The translations under genes and the position numbers were made by a program. 40,289 bases of DNA from Jimgerdemannia flammicorona (Eukaryota). Within the stretch, counting starts at the first letter, position 1. The number at the start of each line of letters is the position of its first letter. The notes below the pieces were generated by a model that was given only the letters and a program-made list of their open reading frames with translations, was not told the DNA's origin and did no database searches. The DNA lies in NCBI GenBank assembly GCA_003990765.1, contig RBNJ01000124.1, positions 1-40,289 of the forward strand, written 5' to 3'. Positions 23,500-36,600 of this stretch are shown piece by piece.

Positions 23500-24650
23500 T
23501 CTTGAGTCTGTTCCTATGTACTGTAGTAGGCAGTATGATCTCTGAGATTTTTCTAAGCCAGAAGGTGGTTCTCTTAATATCTTACATATAGAAGGGTTCT
23601 TCTCATTTGAGCTTCAGTTTTTATGACCATGAGGCTTCTACCATATTTTGATACAGTAGGACCTTTTCTCTAATTCAGATGAGTTCTAGGGTCTTGTGAT
23701 TCTTTTCCGCATTTTTCCTTATTAGTACTTGTAACTTGATAATGTAATTTTCAGCCTTCTTTCTGATTTGGTATAGCCTCCAGATTTCTGCATCAACCCA
23801 TCTCCAAGTTAGGTCTAGATTTGTGACTGAGGTTCCATCAGAATCTTCTTCTCTGAAGAGCAGTTCTCTTGGGGTAAAGTGTGTGCTCTATGATCATATG
23901 TCTCATAGGACAGAAAGGGTGGTTGAGAGATAGTTATCTCAATTCTCATATGTCTCTGAGATCTTTGCCAGAATGATCTTAAGGGTCTTGTTGGTTCTTT
24001 CTGTCTGTTCATTTCCTTGAGGGTGGTATACAGTGATCTTGATGTGCTGGATCTTGTATTTCTGATACATTATCTCATGGAATCCATTGACAAATTCTGT
24101 GCCATGGTCTGTTGTGATTTGCTTTGGTGTCTTATAGTGGTAGATAATTTCTCAGTACAGGAAGTCAGCTATAGAGAGGGCATTGGCTTCTTGTAATGCT
24201 CCTGCTTCTATCCATTTAGTAAAGAGGTCTACAATAACTATAATATAGTAGTTTTCTGATAGTGTTACTGGTAGTAGTCCAATGATATCTATTGCGATGT
24301 AGTAGAAGGGGATAGACTCGATTCTTGATGACCCAGATGCCTGGTCTTACTGATCTTATTTCTGTTTTTGGCACTTGTCACACTCTTTGACAAATTGGTC
24401 CAGGTCTTCTTCCATCTTGGGCCACCACATGATTCTTCTTGTCTTGTTGTATATGTTGGTTCCTCCTAGGTGTCCTTGCTTGTATACTTTCTTTATTACT
24501 TGATACTTGTGTTCAGATATTACTAGCTTTTCTCCATTTCTGAGTATAGTATTGCTTAGTTTAAACTGTTTCCAAATCCAGTTGATGATGGTGATTGTCC
24601 AGGGTTTGAGATAGTTGGGCATTTTCTGCTGTCCAAGATAGCTGATTAAT
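23500..24650 (-). pseudogene. Gypsy B integrase, disrupted
   Basis: Zinc-binding HLGG...CDKC, IAIDIIGL, TDHGTEF, YHPQGNEQTERTN, C-terminal GPY/F-like KLK*EEPF. Confidence 0.88.
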
Positions 24651-24789
24651 CTATAGTATAGCTCCTTATTCATATTGAATAGTCTTAATGGGGGTATTTC
24701 AGAGTGTCCTTGAGAGTATATCAGTATTGGTATTGGTTCTTTCTGAGCAGTACTTGACAGTACAGTCATACTCTTGCAGTCTATAGATC

Positions 24790-26000
24790 TATCTGATATA
24801 TATTCCTTTGGGGTTCAGAGTGTAGAATAGCCAGGCAAGAGTGGAATGGTCTGTTTGAATAGTGAAGTATTTCCTGACTAGGTAGTAGTGGAACTTGTCT
24901 ACTGCCCAAACTACTGCTAAGTATTCAAGCTTGCATGACTTATAGTTCTGTTCTGCTCTGTGGGTACCTCAGCTTGTATAGGAGATGACATATTTATATC
25001 CATCTTTCTTCTAAGCTAGGACTGCTCCAAGTCCTATGGTACTTGCATCTATCTGCAGGATGAATTCTAGGTTCCAATCTGGTCTTCTGAGGATAGGTAC
25101 TTAGGTCAATCTGGTCTTGAGTTCATTGAAGATTTCTTGGTATTCCTTGGTCTATTTGAATTTGGTTTTCTTCTTCAGTAGCTTGTAGATAGGTGCTGTA
25201 ATGTTGGAGTATCCTTTGATGAATCTTCTATAGTAGCTGGCCAGTCCAAGGAAGGCATGGACTTCTGTGGTTGTTCTGAGTCTTGGGTAGGCTGCAATAG
25301 TCTCAATCTTTATGGAGTCTGTATGGATTCCAGTCTGATTGATAAGGTGTCCTAGATAGGTGATTTTCTGAGCTGCAAACTTGTATTTCTTGGGCTTGAT
25401 GTAGAGGCCATGCTCCTTGAGCTTCTTGAGAGCTAGTTGTATATAATTGACATGTTCCTGTACAGTATTGCTGAAGATGATCATATCATCAATATAGACA
25501 AAGAGATATTTTCCAATCTCATTGCTAAAGACTCTGTTCATTATTTACTGAAAACTTACTGGGGTATTACACATTCCAAATAGCATTTGTAGGTAGATAT
25601 AGATGGTATCAGATGTGATGAAAGCTGATTTCTCACTGGTATCTTAAGTGAGACCAATCTGATGGAAGCCTGAGAACAGATTCAATGTGATATAGTATTT
25701 GGCTTTACTTCCAAGGATGGTAAGGATTTCTTAAATATTTGGCAAGAGCTGCCTATCTTTCTTGGTGATGGCATTGAGCTTTCTATAGTCAATACAGAGT
25801 TTTGGTACAAACTCTCTAGGCTTACTTTCTTTCTTTAGAGCAAGGACAATAGGTGAGGCCTAGGGGCTGATAGCTTGCTTGATAATTCCAGCTTCTTTCA
25901 TTTCCTTGAGTTCTGCTTATAGCCATTCTCTATAGACAGGTAGTATAGGTCTGGCTTTCTGATAGATGGGCTTGGTATCACCAGTGTCAACTTCATGATA
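24790..26000 (-). pseudogene. Gypsy B reverse transcriptase and RNase H, disrupted
   Basis: FVYIDDMIIFS, ITYLGH, AFLGLASYYRRFI, LQIDASTIGLGAVL, FTIQTDH. Confidence 0.9.
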
Positions 26001-26184
26001 GTACTTAGATTCTTGATTATGGATATTTCTAAAGTCTATAGCAAGTACTCCTTCATTCTAGTGCAGGATCTTGAAAAGTTGTTCTTCCAGGGGAAAGTTT
26101 TCTCCAATGGTATATATGTGCTTGTTCTGGTCCTTGTCTTTCTTGTACTCAAGTTTGGTAATCTTGGTGGCAGCATAGGCTTCT

Positions 26185-26540
26185 CTTCCAGTAGATCCAA
26201 AGTCTTGTTCTCCTCTCTTGGTCTTAATGAGTTTGATGGCTTCAATGATCTTGGGTTTCTTGATTTCATGGATCAGTATCTGGCCAATTCTGTCATACTT
26301 CTTGACTTCAAATGAGGTGGTGGGGTTGTGATTCCTGACTATGAGGAAGATCTCACTAGTGTAATCAGGGTCAATTACTCCTCCTTCAACTGAGATTTCA
26401 CTTTTGGCCAGACTGCTCCTGGTCTTGATGATTCTGGCATAGTTCTCTAGCAGTTTGACTCTAATTTCAGTACCAAGTAGGGTGGTGGTCTGTGGTTTGA
26501 GAGTAGCATCTTGAATGCTGGCAAGGTCCATTTCTATAGC
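26185..26540 (-). pseudogene. dUTPase domain of Gypsy B pol
   Basis: Five dUTPase motifs in order: MDL, RSSLA, GVIDPDYTSEI, DRIGQ, RGEQDFGSTG. Lies between protease and RT. Confidence 0.92.
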
Positions 26541-28795
26541 TCCTTCAGTCTTGTATTCTGGGATCTTAACTTTGGGGTGAAACTTCTTGATCTTAAGGGT
26601 GATGTCTGATTCTTGTTCCTCCTCATTGTCACTATCAGCCTGAAGCTCTGGGGGCTGGTCATCTTCTTCAGCTTTCCTTTTTGCTTCAGCAGCTCCTTGC
26701 TCATATTTCTGTTGACAGATTTTCCTGACTTCACTGATACAGGATCAGCAGTCATTCAGGTGTTCAGAGCAGTACATCCTAGTACTATGGAGGTATCTTT
26801 CTTAAGGGGCATAGCTATCAATGATCTTGTTGTACTACTACTCATCTGTGAGCTTGGGTGTCTTGTTCTTGTTCTTGTTCACCAAGTGCATGAAGACTTC
26901 TATGTCCTCTTCATCTCCTTCCTCCATATCTAGTAGAACTCCTTTATGGACATTGATAGAGACTTATACCTTTCTTTCTCTATAGTTGATCTGTATCTTC
27001 TGGTCAATGATGGCCTTGGCCTTGTAAAGCCATTAGTTACTAATGAGGATGTCATAGTTGGTGGCACTTATAACAATCACATTTACTGAGATAGTAGCTT
27101 CTCCTATCTTAATAGAGACTTCTCAGATTTTGCCAAGGAGGGTAGCTCATATACTATCTGCTATAACATAGACTATCTTGGTAGACTCTTCAATGTCCCA
27201 GCCTAAGCAGTCAATTGCCTTCTTGCTCATAAGGCATCCTCCAGCACCAGTATCAATAATGGCATCAAAGATATAATCTTTAATCTGATATGGAGTATAG
27301 GCTGATATCTTGTGCTAGATTCTTCATCTAAGTCTTTTTGGTCATCTTCTTGTATATTGTGAGCTTCTACAATCTTGTACTCTTAATTCTTGGTAGTAGT
27401 TGTAAGTCCTACTCTTAACTATTATCTGAAGGCAGGGACTTCAGCTAGCTGTCCAAAAGTAGCATTAATCTTCTGTTTCTTGAGGTTCTTATAGATATCA
27501 TACTGATGAATCTTGGTCTTGTACAGCTTTTGTTCCTTCTTGCTTTCACTTTCTCCTAAGACTAGAGTAGTATCTTCAATGATTTGGCAGACAGCTTCAT
27601 CTAACTCTATATCTTGATCAATCTCCTTGAGTTGGGCCTTGCTTTGGATAGTGATAGCTGGGGTCTTCTTTGGTCTTCCAACTGACTTACTGTTGCTCTT
27701 CTTGTTATAGAGCTTGGACTGGGTTCTAGTATCTTCAGTAGCAGAGTAGAATTCAAGCTCCTTATAGTATTCTTCATCATCAGTATCACCAATCTCCTTG
27801 ATGACTACTGCATTAGTTTGTTCTCTGGTTCTACTAGTATTACTTAGTTTAGCTGTGTCTTATTTCAGTCATACAACTCTTTACATAGTGGCCTTCTTCT
27901 CCATATCTAAAGTATATGATATTGTATTCTTCTGTAGCAGCTGCAAATCTCTATACTGGTCTCCTGTTGGCACTTTGGACTTCTCTAATAATATCATCAA
28001 GGTGTGCAGTTATCTCAGCAAACTGCTTGGTGAGTTCCTCCACTGGGTCAGCTTTGGCTGCCTTGGGGGTAGTGGAGATAGTTGTCTATTTATAACTGTG
28101 GTGAGTATGATACTAGTTGGCTTTGATGGCTCTATCTTGATGCTAGTTATTTTCTTGATTGAGTGTTTGGCAGAGTGTCTGGCAGTCTAATATCTCTGTG
28201 CATAGACCACTTTCTGATCAAGAGTCATAGCAGCTAGGGTAGACCAGATTGCTAGGGCAATTTCAGGGTGAACTTCTTTAAGAAAGGTTGAATCTACTAT
28301 TTGTTCCTTGAGGTGGTCATCATAGCCAGCCAAGACAATCTGGTGGCAGATTCAAGTATAGAATGAGTTGGAATCTTCACTGAGTCTCTGGTAGATAGTA
28401 TTGAGTTGATTCTTGAGAGCTTGTTTGATCTCTTCAGTATAGTATGTTGTTCTGAGAAAGGTTTTTATATTGGTAAGTTTGGCTACATCAGTATCAGTAA
28501 TAGTGGCTGTATTGAACTTATCTCTGGTAGGTTCTCTGAGACTGACTGATAGAAGGGCCAATTGTGCATCCACATTAAGAGCTCATATAGTGGCAAATTG
28601 TTCAAAGTCTTCAATAAAGGTCAGAATTGACTCTTTAGTAGTATATCCATAGAATGTAGGGGGATGTATTTCTATCTTATCTTGAATTCTTATAGGGATG
28701 ACTCTTGTAGTCAGAGTAGTTATTGTGGTAGTTGTTCATTTTTTAGCTTAAAAGTGAGAGATTCATCTTAAATTATCAGCCAATGGGTACTAAGT

Positions 28796-30394
28796 TATCA
28801 TATAGTAGTCACTGAGTTCTTCAAATATATCAGATTCTCTTCAAGATATATCTCTTAGACTAACTCAAGTTTGTTATAAGTAAGTTCTTATTGGAGTGCC
28901 TTCCCAAGGTCTTATAGTCTTCAAACTTCTTATCTTTAAACTATTTTATTATCTCTTAGATTGCTTATAAGGAAGTATATATAAGTAAACTTGACTAGAA
29001 CTTAACTAGAACTTGACTGGAACTTGACTGACTTTATTTCAGAGGAAATAAGAAGGGTATTTATACAAAATATAATTCAATGGTTGCTAAGATATAAAGC
29101 TAAATATAAATTCCAATAACTAATAAAATACTGGAATACAGAAAACTGCCAAGTTCCAGGGTTAGCATAGATGGTTGCATAGGTTCAGGATGCTGGTATA
29201 ATTTCAGTAATATAGGAAAATAGTGCTGGAATAATTCTGAGTCACAAGGTCAGAATGCTAGTAGAGAAACAGCTATTATACAGAAAAAAGATACTGGTAT
29301 AATTCAGTATAACTAAGAGACTTAGAGCAGAATGTTCAGGACCATAGAGGCTTTATCCTCATCATCACTGTTCTCAAAGGAGATGAGATCTGTGAATGTT
29401 TTGGTCTCATCATATAGGTCATGCATTTCACATGCTTCATACATATTACACAGGATGATATCATTGCCAATAATGTCATCACATTTGGTGGCAGTGGGAA
29501 TAAGGAGATCTGGGGCTCTCCAGTCTATGAGGTTCTCTTCTACAAAATAGAGAACAAATATAGAGTCTTGGGGAGGTCTAACCTGGATACTTGGGCCTTA
29601 GAATACTGAGATCAATCCTTGCAGAAATTGATTTAGGTTGTCCTGGAGGATGGGATATCAGAAGTCTTCTACTTCATTACTATTGAGAGTAATGGTAGAC
29701 TGGACTTCTGACTTCTAGTACATTGATATGGTGGGCTGACAGATTTCTGAAATCTGAGACTCTAATATACTCTAAGTTAGGAATCAATCATAGTGTATGC
29801 CTGAAGATCTGATGAATCTTTTTAGCTGTCCTTACTTCTTATATATCTATGAGAGTGGTATCTTGTAACTCTTGAGAGCTGGCCTGTGAGAACTCCTGGT
29901 AGAGAAGATTTCTTATTTTGTACTTCTGCTATATTTGGAGATATTTGGTAGCAATGGTGATTCTTGTTTTCATTTTATAGCAATAGAGAATAAAGTGATA
30001 AGGATCTGCAGTATCCAGGTTAAGGCTAGGAGTCCTTCTTGTATGGATCTTTATGGCTCTTCTGATATCTTGGAATATCCTTTTCTTGACTGAAGTGCCT
30101 TAGTGGTTCCTTGATCTTGAGGTTTGGCAAACAGCAGACATTTTGTTTGTGGTAAGTCTTTGAGCTATTTTGGGATTGGTGGGTCTTGTTGAGTTACTAC
30201 TACTATAGTTTCTTGATCCTTCTTTTATATTCTTTAAGATGCCTGAACTGTGGTCACAATAACTCACAGTTGGTCATTATTACTCATCTCATAGCCTGAG
30301 TTATGCCATATAATCTTCTTGTATTCTGATCTAATAGCTTGTAAGGAAAGGCTGTCTCTTATGCTGATGTCATCATTCTGAGGTCACTATTACA
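28796..30394 (-). repeat. 5' LTR of Gypsy B
   Basis: TATCA (TGTCA) and TTACA termini. Adjacent to the PBS. Confidence 0.88.
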
Positions 30395-32800
30395 TTATAT
30401 AGAGTCTCTCTTTCTTGATCAGACTACTCTTTTTTGTAAAACAGATATAGGTTTCTTTAGAGACTTTTATTCTGATATCTGTGTTAATAATTGCTTACTT
30501 GTCTGATTTAATAGTTACTTTTATACTAGAGTAGAGATTATAACTAGTATCAGATTTATGGAATTTTTATAATAATATAAAATTTCTTAATTTTGATTTT
30601 TTTTAGAGATTTCTTTGAGATTATATTCTATTATAATAATAGTATATAAAGAGGATAGTTCTTTATTCATATTGATCTTCTTGTCAGAACATTTTCATGA
30701 TATATATATATTTTCTTTTTGTAGTAAGAATATACTCTTTTTTTTATAAGTTCTTCTATTTTCTTATCAGATAGTTTCTTGAATCTATCTTATAGTCTTG
30801 AGAACTTATTTTAGAGTTTATAATTCTTCTCAAATTGATGTTGTTTATCTTCTTTGTTATTGTTTCTATTGTCTCTTGACTTTTGGACTATGAGAATAGT
30901 ATATACTAGTGCTCCTAAATAAATTAAATCAATTCAAATTGAATCGAATTGAGGGTCATTTGAATCAAATTGAATTGGGGATTTTTCAATTTGAATTGAA
31001 TTTGAATTAAATTGAGGGTCCAATTCAAAACCTATTTTTAGAAATATAATAACTTAATGAATATATATCCAAATTCAATGATCTTTAGCTTGTTAGATTC
31101 TCCTATATAATAGGAATCTAACAAACTAAAGATTATTGAATTAGAATGTGTATTTATCGAGTTATTTAATTTCTAAAAATAGAGTTCAAATCAGACCTCA
31201 AATCAAATTGGACCTCAATTCAAATTGATTCAAATTAAATTAGGCCTCAATTCAATTCGAAGTTTTTAAATCAAATTGAATTTGGGTCTAATTCAATTCA
31301 ATTTGATTCATTAGGAGTACTAGTATATACTCTGATAATAGTTTATCCTAGGCACCATTGCTTATATAGATATTTGTAAAGTTATTCTTATTTATATATT
31401 TTCTCTGATAACTATCTGAGAATAGTATTAAAGAAATAGATAACATGAATTTTATTTACAAGCTATTCTCATTGATTATATTTTACTTCTATAGTATTTA
31501 AAAGAGTTTTCAGTCTTATAGTAAATATTTCAAGATCTTCTTTTCTATTATTATAAAACTGAAGATTTTGAGCTTAGTTCTGGCTTTAGCAATATAGACA
31601 GAGCTATAGAACTATGTATTAGATAATTAGTTTCTTTAGACCTATAGTAGCTGAGTAGGCTTTATAGTTAGGATAATCATCATCTCCTTCACTTGATTAA
31701 TTTTGGTATATATTTTCTAAGTAAGAGAGTATACTGATAGATTTTATCATTATTGGACAGCTATATCTATGAAATAGATAGTGACTTTCTCTACTTATAA
31801 GCCTATAGTTATATAGAGATCTTTAATCTTATAGTACTCATTATGTATTATTAAAGTACTATCTAGATTTTAATTATTATTTCATCTATTGGCATAATAA
31901 TTAATATCAATTTATCCTATAAATATTATTACTTGATCTACTTTGCCTTTGAATAGATTGAGATAGAGATCTTTTGTGAGTTTATTTATTTCAATACTGA
32001 GATGAAGGGCTTAAGTAAGTATAACTACTTAATCAGCTAGTATTACTATCTTATCATCTACTGATATCATTCTGCTATCTCTGTTATCTGTTTAGTAAAA
32101 TAGTTGGAGTCCTTCTTCTATTGTTATAGTATATTAATTATAATTTAGGGTTGACTTTTCTATGATATTACTGAAATAAGTGAGCTTATAAACTAGTAGT
32201 CTTAATAGAGTGACTGTTGGATCTGCTGTGATTTTTGATAAACTTGATGTTCTTGATAGTAGTTCAATAATAGTGCTGGAACCACCAATGTTAGGTTCAG
32301 ATATCCCTTCAATTATTCTCCTAGATCTAAATGATATAACAGAAATCTCACTAGGTCTAACAATTTGTAATTCTTATTACTAGATTATTCTTACTTATTT
32401 ATAAGGAATTTAATAATAAAAGTGTGATTTCTTTTAATAGATATAGTATCTCTTATAGTTTAGAAAGATATTAGCTTTATAATAGTAATTATTAAAGAAA
32501 AGGTTCAGAAAATGTTTACTTACAGCCTCAATAAATTCTTATATATATTTCTCATAAAAATAACTACTGATTAACTTATTGAATTTTTCCTTAAATTTAG
32601 TAATATAGAAGACTTCTTTGTTAAGTGTGAAAAAGGTGTTGAATACTTCTTGAATGATTTCATTGTTGAATTTGTCAAACTCCTCTTACCTGATATAAAT
32701 TTTGATCTACTTAATGATAATTCTGTTAGATTCTTCAGTTTAAGTCTGGAGAGTATCCAGGATAAAAGTATTACTAACTATGTTAGGAGATGTGAGACAT
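30395..32800. mobile_element. Unassigned, highly decayed repeat-like relic (hosts MITE copy 2)
   Basis: Same CpG-free, TpA-rich composition as the identified transposons. I could not recognise a diagnostic motif. Confidence 0.35.
30907..31322. mobile_element. Fold-back MITE (hAT-type), copy 2
   Basis: TIRs TAGTGCTCCTAA and TTAGGAGTACTA. Perfect 8-bp TSD GTATATAC. Same central hairpin as copy 1. Subterminal AATTC/GAATT repeats. Confidence 0.88.
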
Positions 32801-33600
32801 GAATCATTGGTGTTTGAGAAAGCATACATTAATTTGAATAAATGAAAGTACTATGCTATGTGAAAGAAGGGACTTTTCATCTCGGAAAACATCACGATCC
32901 AATCTATGTGAACCAAGATCCAACATATTCAGCAACAAAACTAGACAATTAAAGCGAGCAAAAACAAAGCTATCTACAAAACGACACTAGACTTCCGTCC
33001 ATTCTTGTAACTCTACTATTGCAACCGAAGTCTAGAGCGATGAAAGCACCGAATACTTGAATATCCAGATGTATGTGTATAGATTCATACCCACCAATAC
33101 TGCCCCACAATAAGCCAACCCAATTTAAAGTCACTAAAAATCGCAATCAGACCCTAAACAGGATTGTCAAAACGCCGAAAATGAGAAAGCAACAAAGCAA
33201 TTCTACTGTACACAATATCGGGCTAAAGCAGGTAAACATGGGGAACCAAAATCACAGAGAAGGAGAACAAAGCACCGTAAAAGAGGCAATGGGTATGTAT
33301 ATATAGAACATTAAGAAAACGAAATCTGGCGCATCGTCCATCGCGGAACATGCAAAAATGGTTAGTACGGAGTAGAAAATAGAAGGCATGCAATGCGGAC
33401 ATATGATGCATGTATCAATTTCATGTGCGAGAAGTGAAGGAAATGAAAAGAAGCAATCTGCAAGAAGAAAAAAGAAAAAGGAAAAAAAAAAAAAAAATGC
33501 AAATTAGACAGGAAAGGATTTTGCCAAATATGACAAATCTGAATTTTGCGTCACTTCCTCCGCCTCCCACACAGTATTACACACTCTTCAATACAAATTC

Positions 33601-36600
33601 TCAGTTGCCAAACATTCCCGCCCCATACTCGACCGCCGGCGGTATGAGAGACACATTGGCTGCATTCAACTCCCGGCGGAAAACGGCAAGGTTCTGGGTG
33701 AACCGGTCGCGGTTCTTGGCAGACAGGTTGGTCCACTCCACTTCCTCCATCAAAGTTTCAAGGGACTATCCAGATCATGGAGAGAACAGAAATCGGAGGG
33801 TGCATTATCCGTGAGCCTTGGTACAGTAGACATTTCCCATATATACCCATTGAAGCAATAACAAACCTTATGTAAGAATTCACGCCGCTCTGGAAGCTGA
33901 GTGTTAATAATAGTTTGTGTATACTCCAGCATGAACTGTAACGGAAGGCAGTTGGCCACATGCACAGAGTTAAAAGCGCGAATCGATATAATACCGGCAA
34001 CGAAAAATGTCCGCTATATCTTTTTCTAGTCATTCACTCACCTTCCTGTTCAGTAGCATCAGCCCTAACAGGGGTCTCGACAAACTCCATTGAATTGGTC
34101 GGTCCTCGAACAACACCGTGTTGAATACCGTGGAAAAGAGTAACGGTAGAATGCCAGGAGAGCTGTTAAGGAAAGACAGGAGCCAGTGCGAAGATGGCCG
34201 TTCTTTCTCGGATTGCTGCACGACAAACGTGCACAAATGATCAATGCAAGAGCAAGCCTGGGAGCAGATGTTGGTATCGACCGACTTCACCCCTTCGGCG
34301 AGAGCCCGCATCAGATAAAGGAACACATCCGCGTTCATAGAGGGCATGGCCATCATGTGCTCGTTAGTGAAAACATCCAGCAAACCGAAGAAAGCGCGTG
34401 TCAATTTTGGGAAGGACTGAAAAAAATAAAAATAAAAAAAAATAATATAAAAATAAAAATAAAATTTAAAATCGAATACACGAATTGTCAGTAACATTGT
34501 ACGAGTTTTCACTGGAGCATGAATGAAAATAATACGTACCATCATGTCTCCCATCGGAATGCTAAGCATCATCTGGAAAAAGATCTCCAATGCATGGTCG
34601 AGGGCCTTGTCACCGTACAGTGGGAAAACTCCAAAATTGACGTAACGTCCAGACAATGTGCGTGTGAGAATTGTAAAGCATACTGATATTCCTTTGTATC
34701 TAATAGTAAAAGAGAGTGCAAAATGGCGAATTGAGGATGATTAAGCACGAGAGGTTCTATAAGATATAGTACGATTGTACTTACTTGTCCGCGTATTTAT
34801 CAGAGATACTGGTTGCCGGCCGATTGAGTAGAATATGACCTGAATCAATGATGCACGGATGCAGGTATCCGCGTTTGAATGGTCACCAAGTGGAATAATA
34901 AAAAAATAAAAAAAATAAAAATCTGGTTTTCACGAACCATTCATTCAACATTGGGAAACTGCGTGGTACTCACCGTAAGTAGTCAACACCTTGCTTGTCT
35001 CGCGGAAGAGAAGGATACCGTTGGGGCTCGAAATTTCAAAGTTGAGTCGCTGACTCTTATTGTGCACAAGCTCAGCGAAAAATTTGAGGAGCGTTATGGC
35101 CAATCGGTCGTCTCCCCACGCTTGAAGACCGTGGATCAAGACTGGCATTCGGTCAGGGTAGAACCAGTCGAAAAAAGCCATGTAATTCTTTTTCGATTGG
35201 ATGGGTGTAATAAAGCCCCGGAGGTCTTTGAAGATTCCTTGTAGAATTCTCTATAAATACACGGCATGGGATCTATAAGTCATTCGTTGTAACCAGTTAT
35301 GATCGGGGCCAATATACACAATGGGGTATGCATGATACACACTTTTACCGGGTCTTGTCTGAACGCCTCGATGCTACGTAACGTAGCCAACTCGACAAAG
35401 GTGGCCTCGAATGGCTTCATAAACTCGTAAAACTCACGCTCGACGCTATCTTCGGCGAACAGGACTTTGGCGAGAGCACTGTAGTAAGTCATGCGGCTAG
35501 CAACGTTATCACCGCCCTCCAGGAAGGGGAACTGTTTCGATCCGTGGTTCTGCATGATGTATTGTGTTGTGTCGAGCTTCCGGAGTTGCTTCACACTGCT
35601 GTAACTGCTTGTTCGGCCAAAGTTAAGACGTAGGTTATTGAGTATTTTAAACGATATAAATTGGAGGATCCAAGGTAAACTTCACGTGATCACAGCTACG
35701 AAACGTGGTTTAAAGATATGGCATACCCATTGGCCAAGTCGTTAAATAAACGTAGCGATTTGGAAATGATGGACGAATCCTGGCTCCATATTGTTAAATT
35801 TGTCACACTGCGGAATGAAATGTAAAAAAAAAAAAAAAAGGATATGTTAGTCCAGTATTACAAACCAAAAGTTGGAACAAGCCAAATCATACTTACATTT
35901 TCTGCACGATCAAGCTCAACACCATGTTTTGATCATTGAGGCCAAAAGCCTCTGAAAGTTTGGAGTAAACCTAAACAAAATATCGACAATACCACGCATC
36001 ATTTGTGAGATCCATTCGGCCCACGCTCCCTCCCTCCTCCTCCCCCTCTCCCCCCCAAAAATACAAGGCACACATATACCAGAAAAAGCGGGGGTGTGGT
36101 GCAAACCATTAGACACTTACCGCTGATGATTTTTGCGAGCTATCACCTACATAACTCTTGCGGAATTGCTGAAAGAAGAACAAAAACGCCGACTCGAGTT
36201 TCTCACACCCACCAGAGGGGCCACGTTGACTCAGCCAAACTTGATTTACATTCATTAAGTGCAATGCTTTGGCCGTCAGTTCGCCGTCGAGACCATCGAG
36301 GTCATCTGAACTCAGGTACGCCTAGATTTTTTTTTTTTTTTTTTTTGAATGAGTAAACAAGGTCATATACGTCATAAATGCAATAAAAATAGACGATCAG
36401 GATATCGAGATGAAAACATCATACGATGCCCATACCGTACGACCTCCGATAAAAGCACCAATAATGTAGACCAGCCATGCAAGTTTCTGTTCAGTCACTG
36501 CCATCAACTTTTTCAAGTTCGCATCCAGGCCACCATTTGTCGCACGTGTTATCAATTCCTACATGTTTTACACGTTGAATGAGCAGTCATCTTCTTTGCG

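Larger units (their letters stand above)
21640..30394 (-). mobile_element. Full-length degenerate Ty3/Gypsy element B with ~1.5-kb LTRs and dUTPase
   Basis: LTRs at 21640-23114 and 28796-30394. PPT AAGAGGAAGA next to 23115 and PBS next to 28795. Decayed CCHC knuckle ~27870-27915, protease AIIDTGAGG ~27240-27265, dUTPase, RT FVYIDDMII, RNase H, integrase (HLGG...WWPKM...CDKCQ and core). Confidence 0.92.

Noticed and set aside
30920-31310. Short periodic AATTC/GAATT repeats as a CRISPR array or satellite
   Set aside because: No repeat-spacer structure. They are subterminal repeats of a TSD-flanked MITE.
33073-33814. Plus-strand ORFs of 77 and 134 aa, and other short ORFs overlapping XPO7
   Set aside because: They lie in the 3' flank or antisense to exons, include homopolymer-derived Lys runs, and show no motifs.
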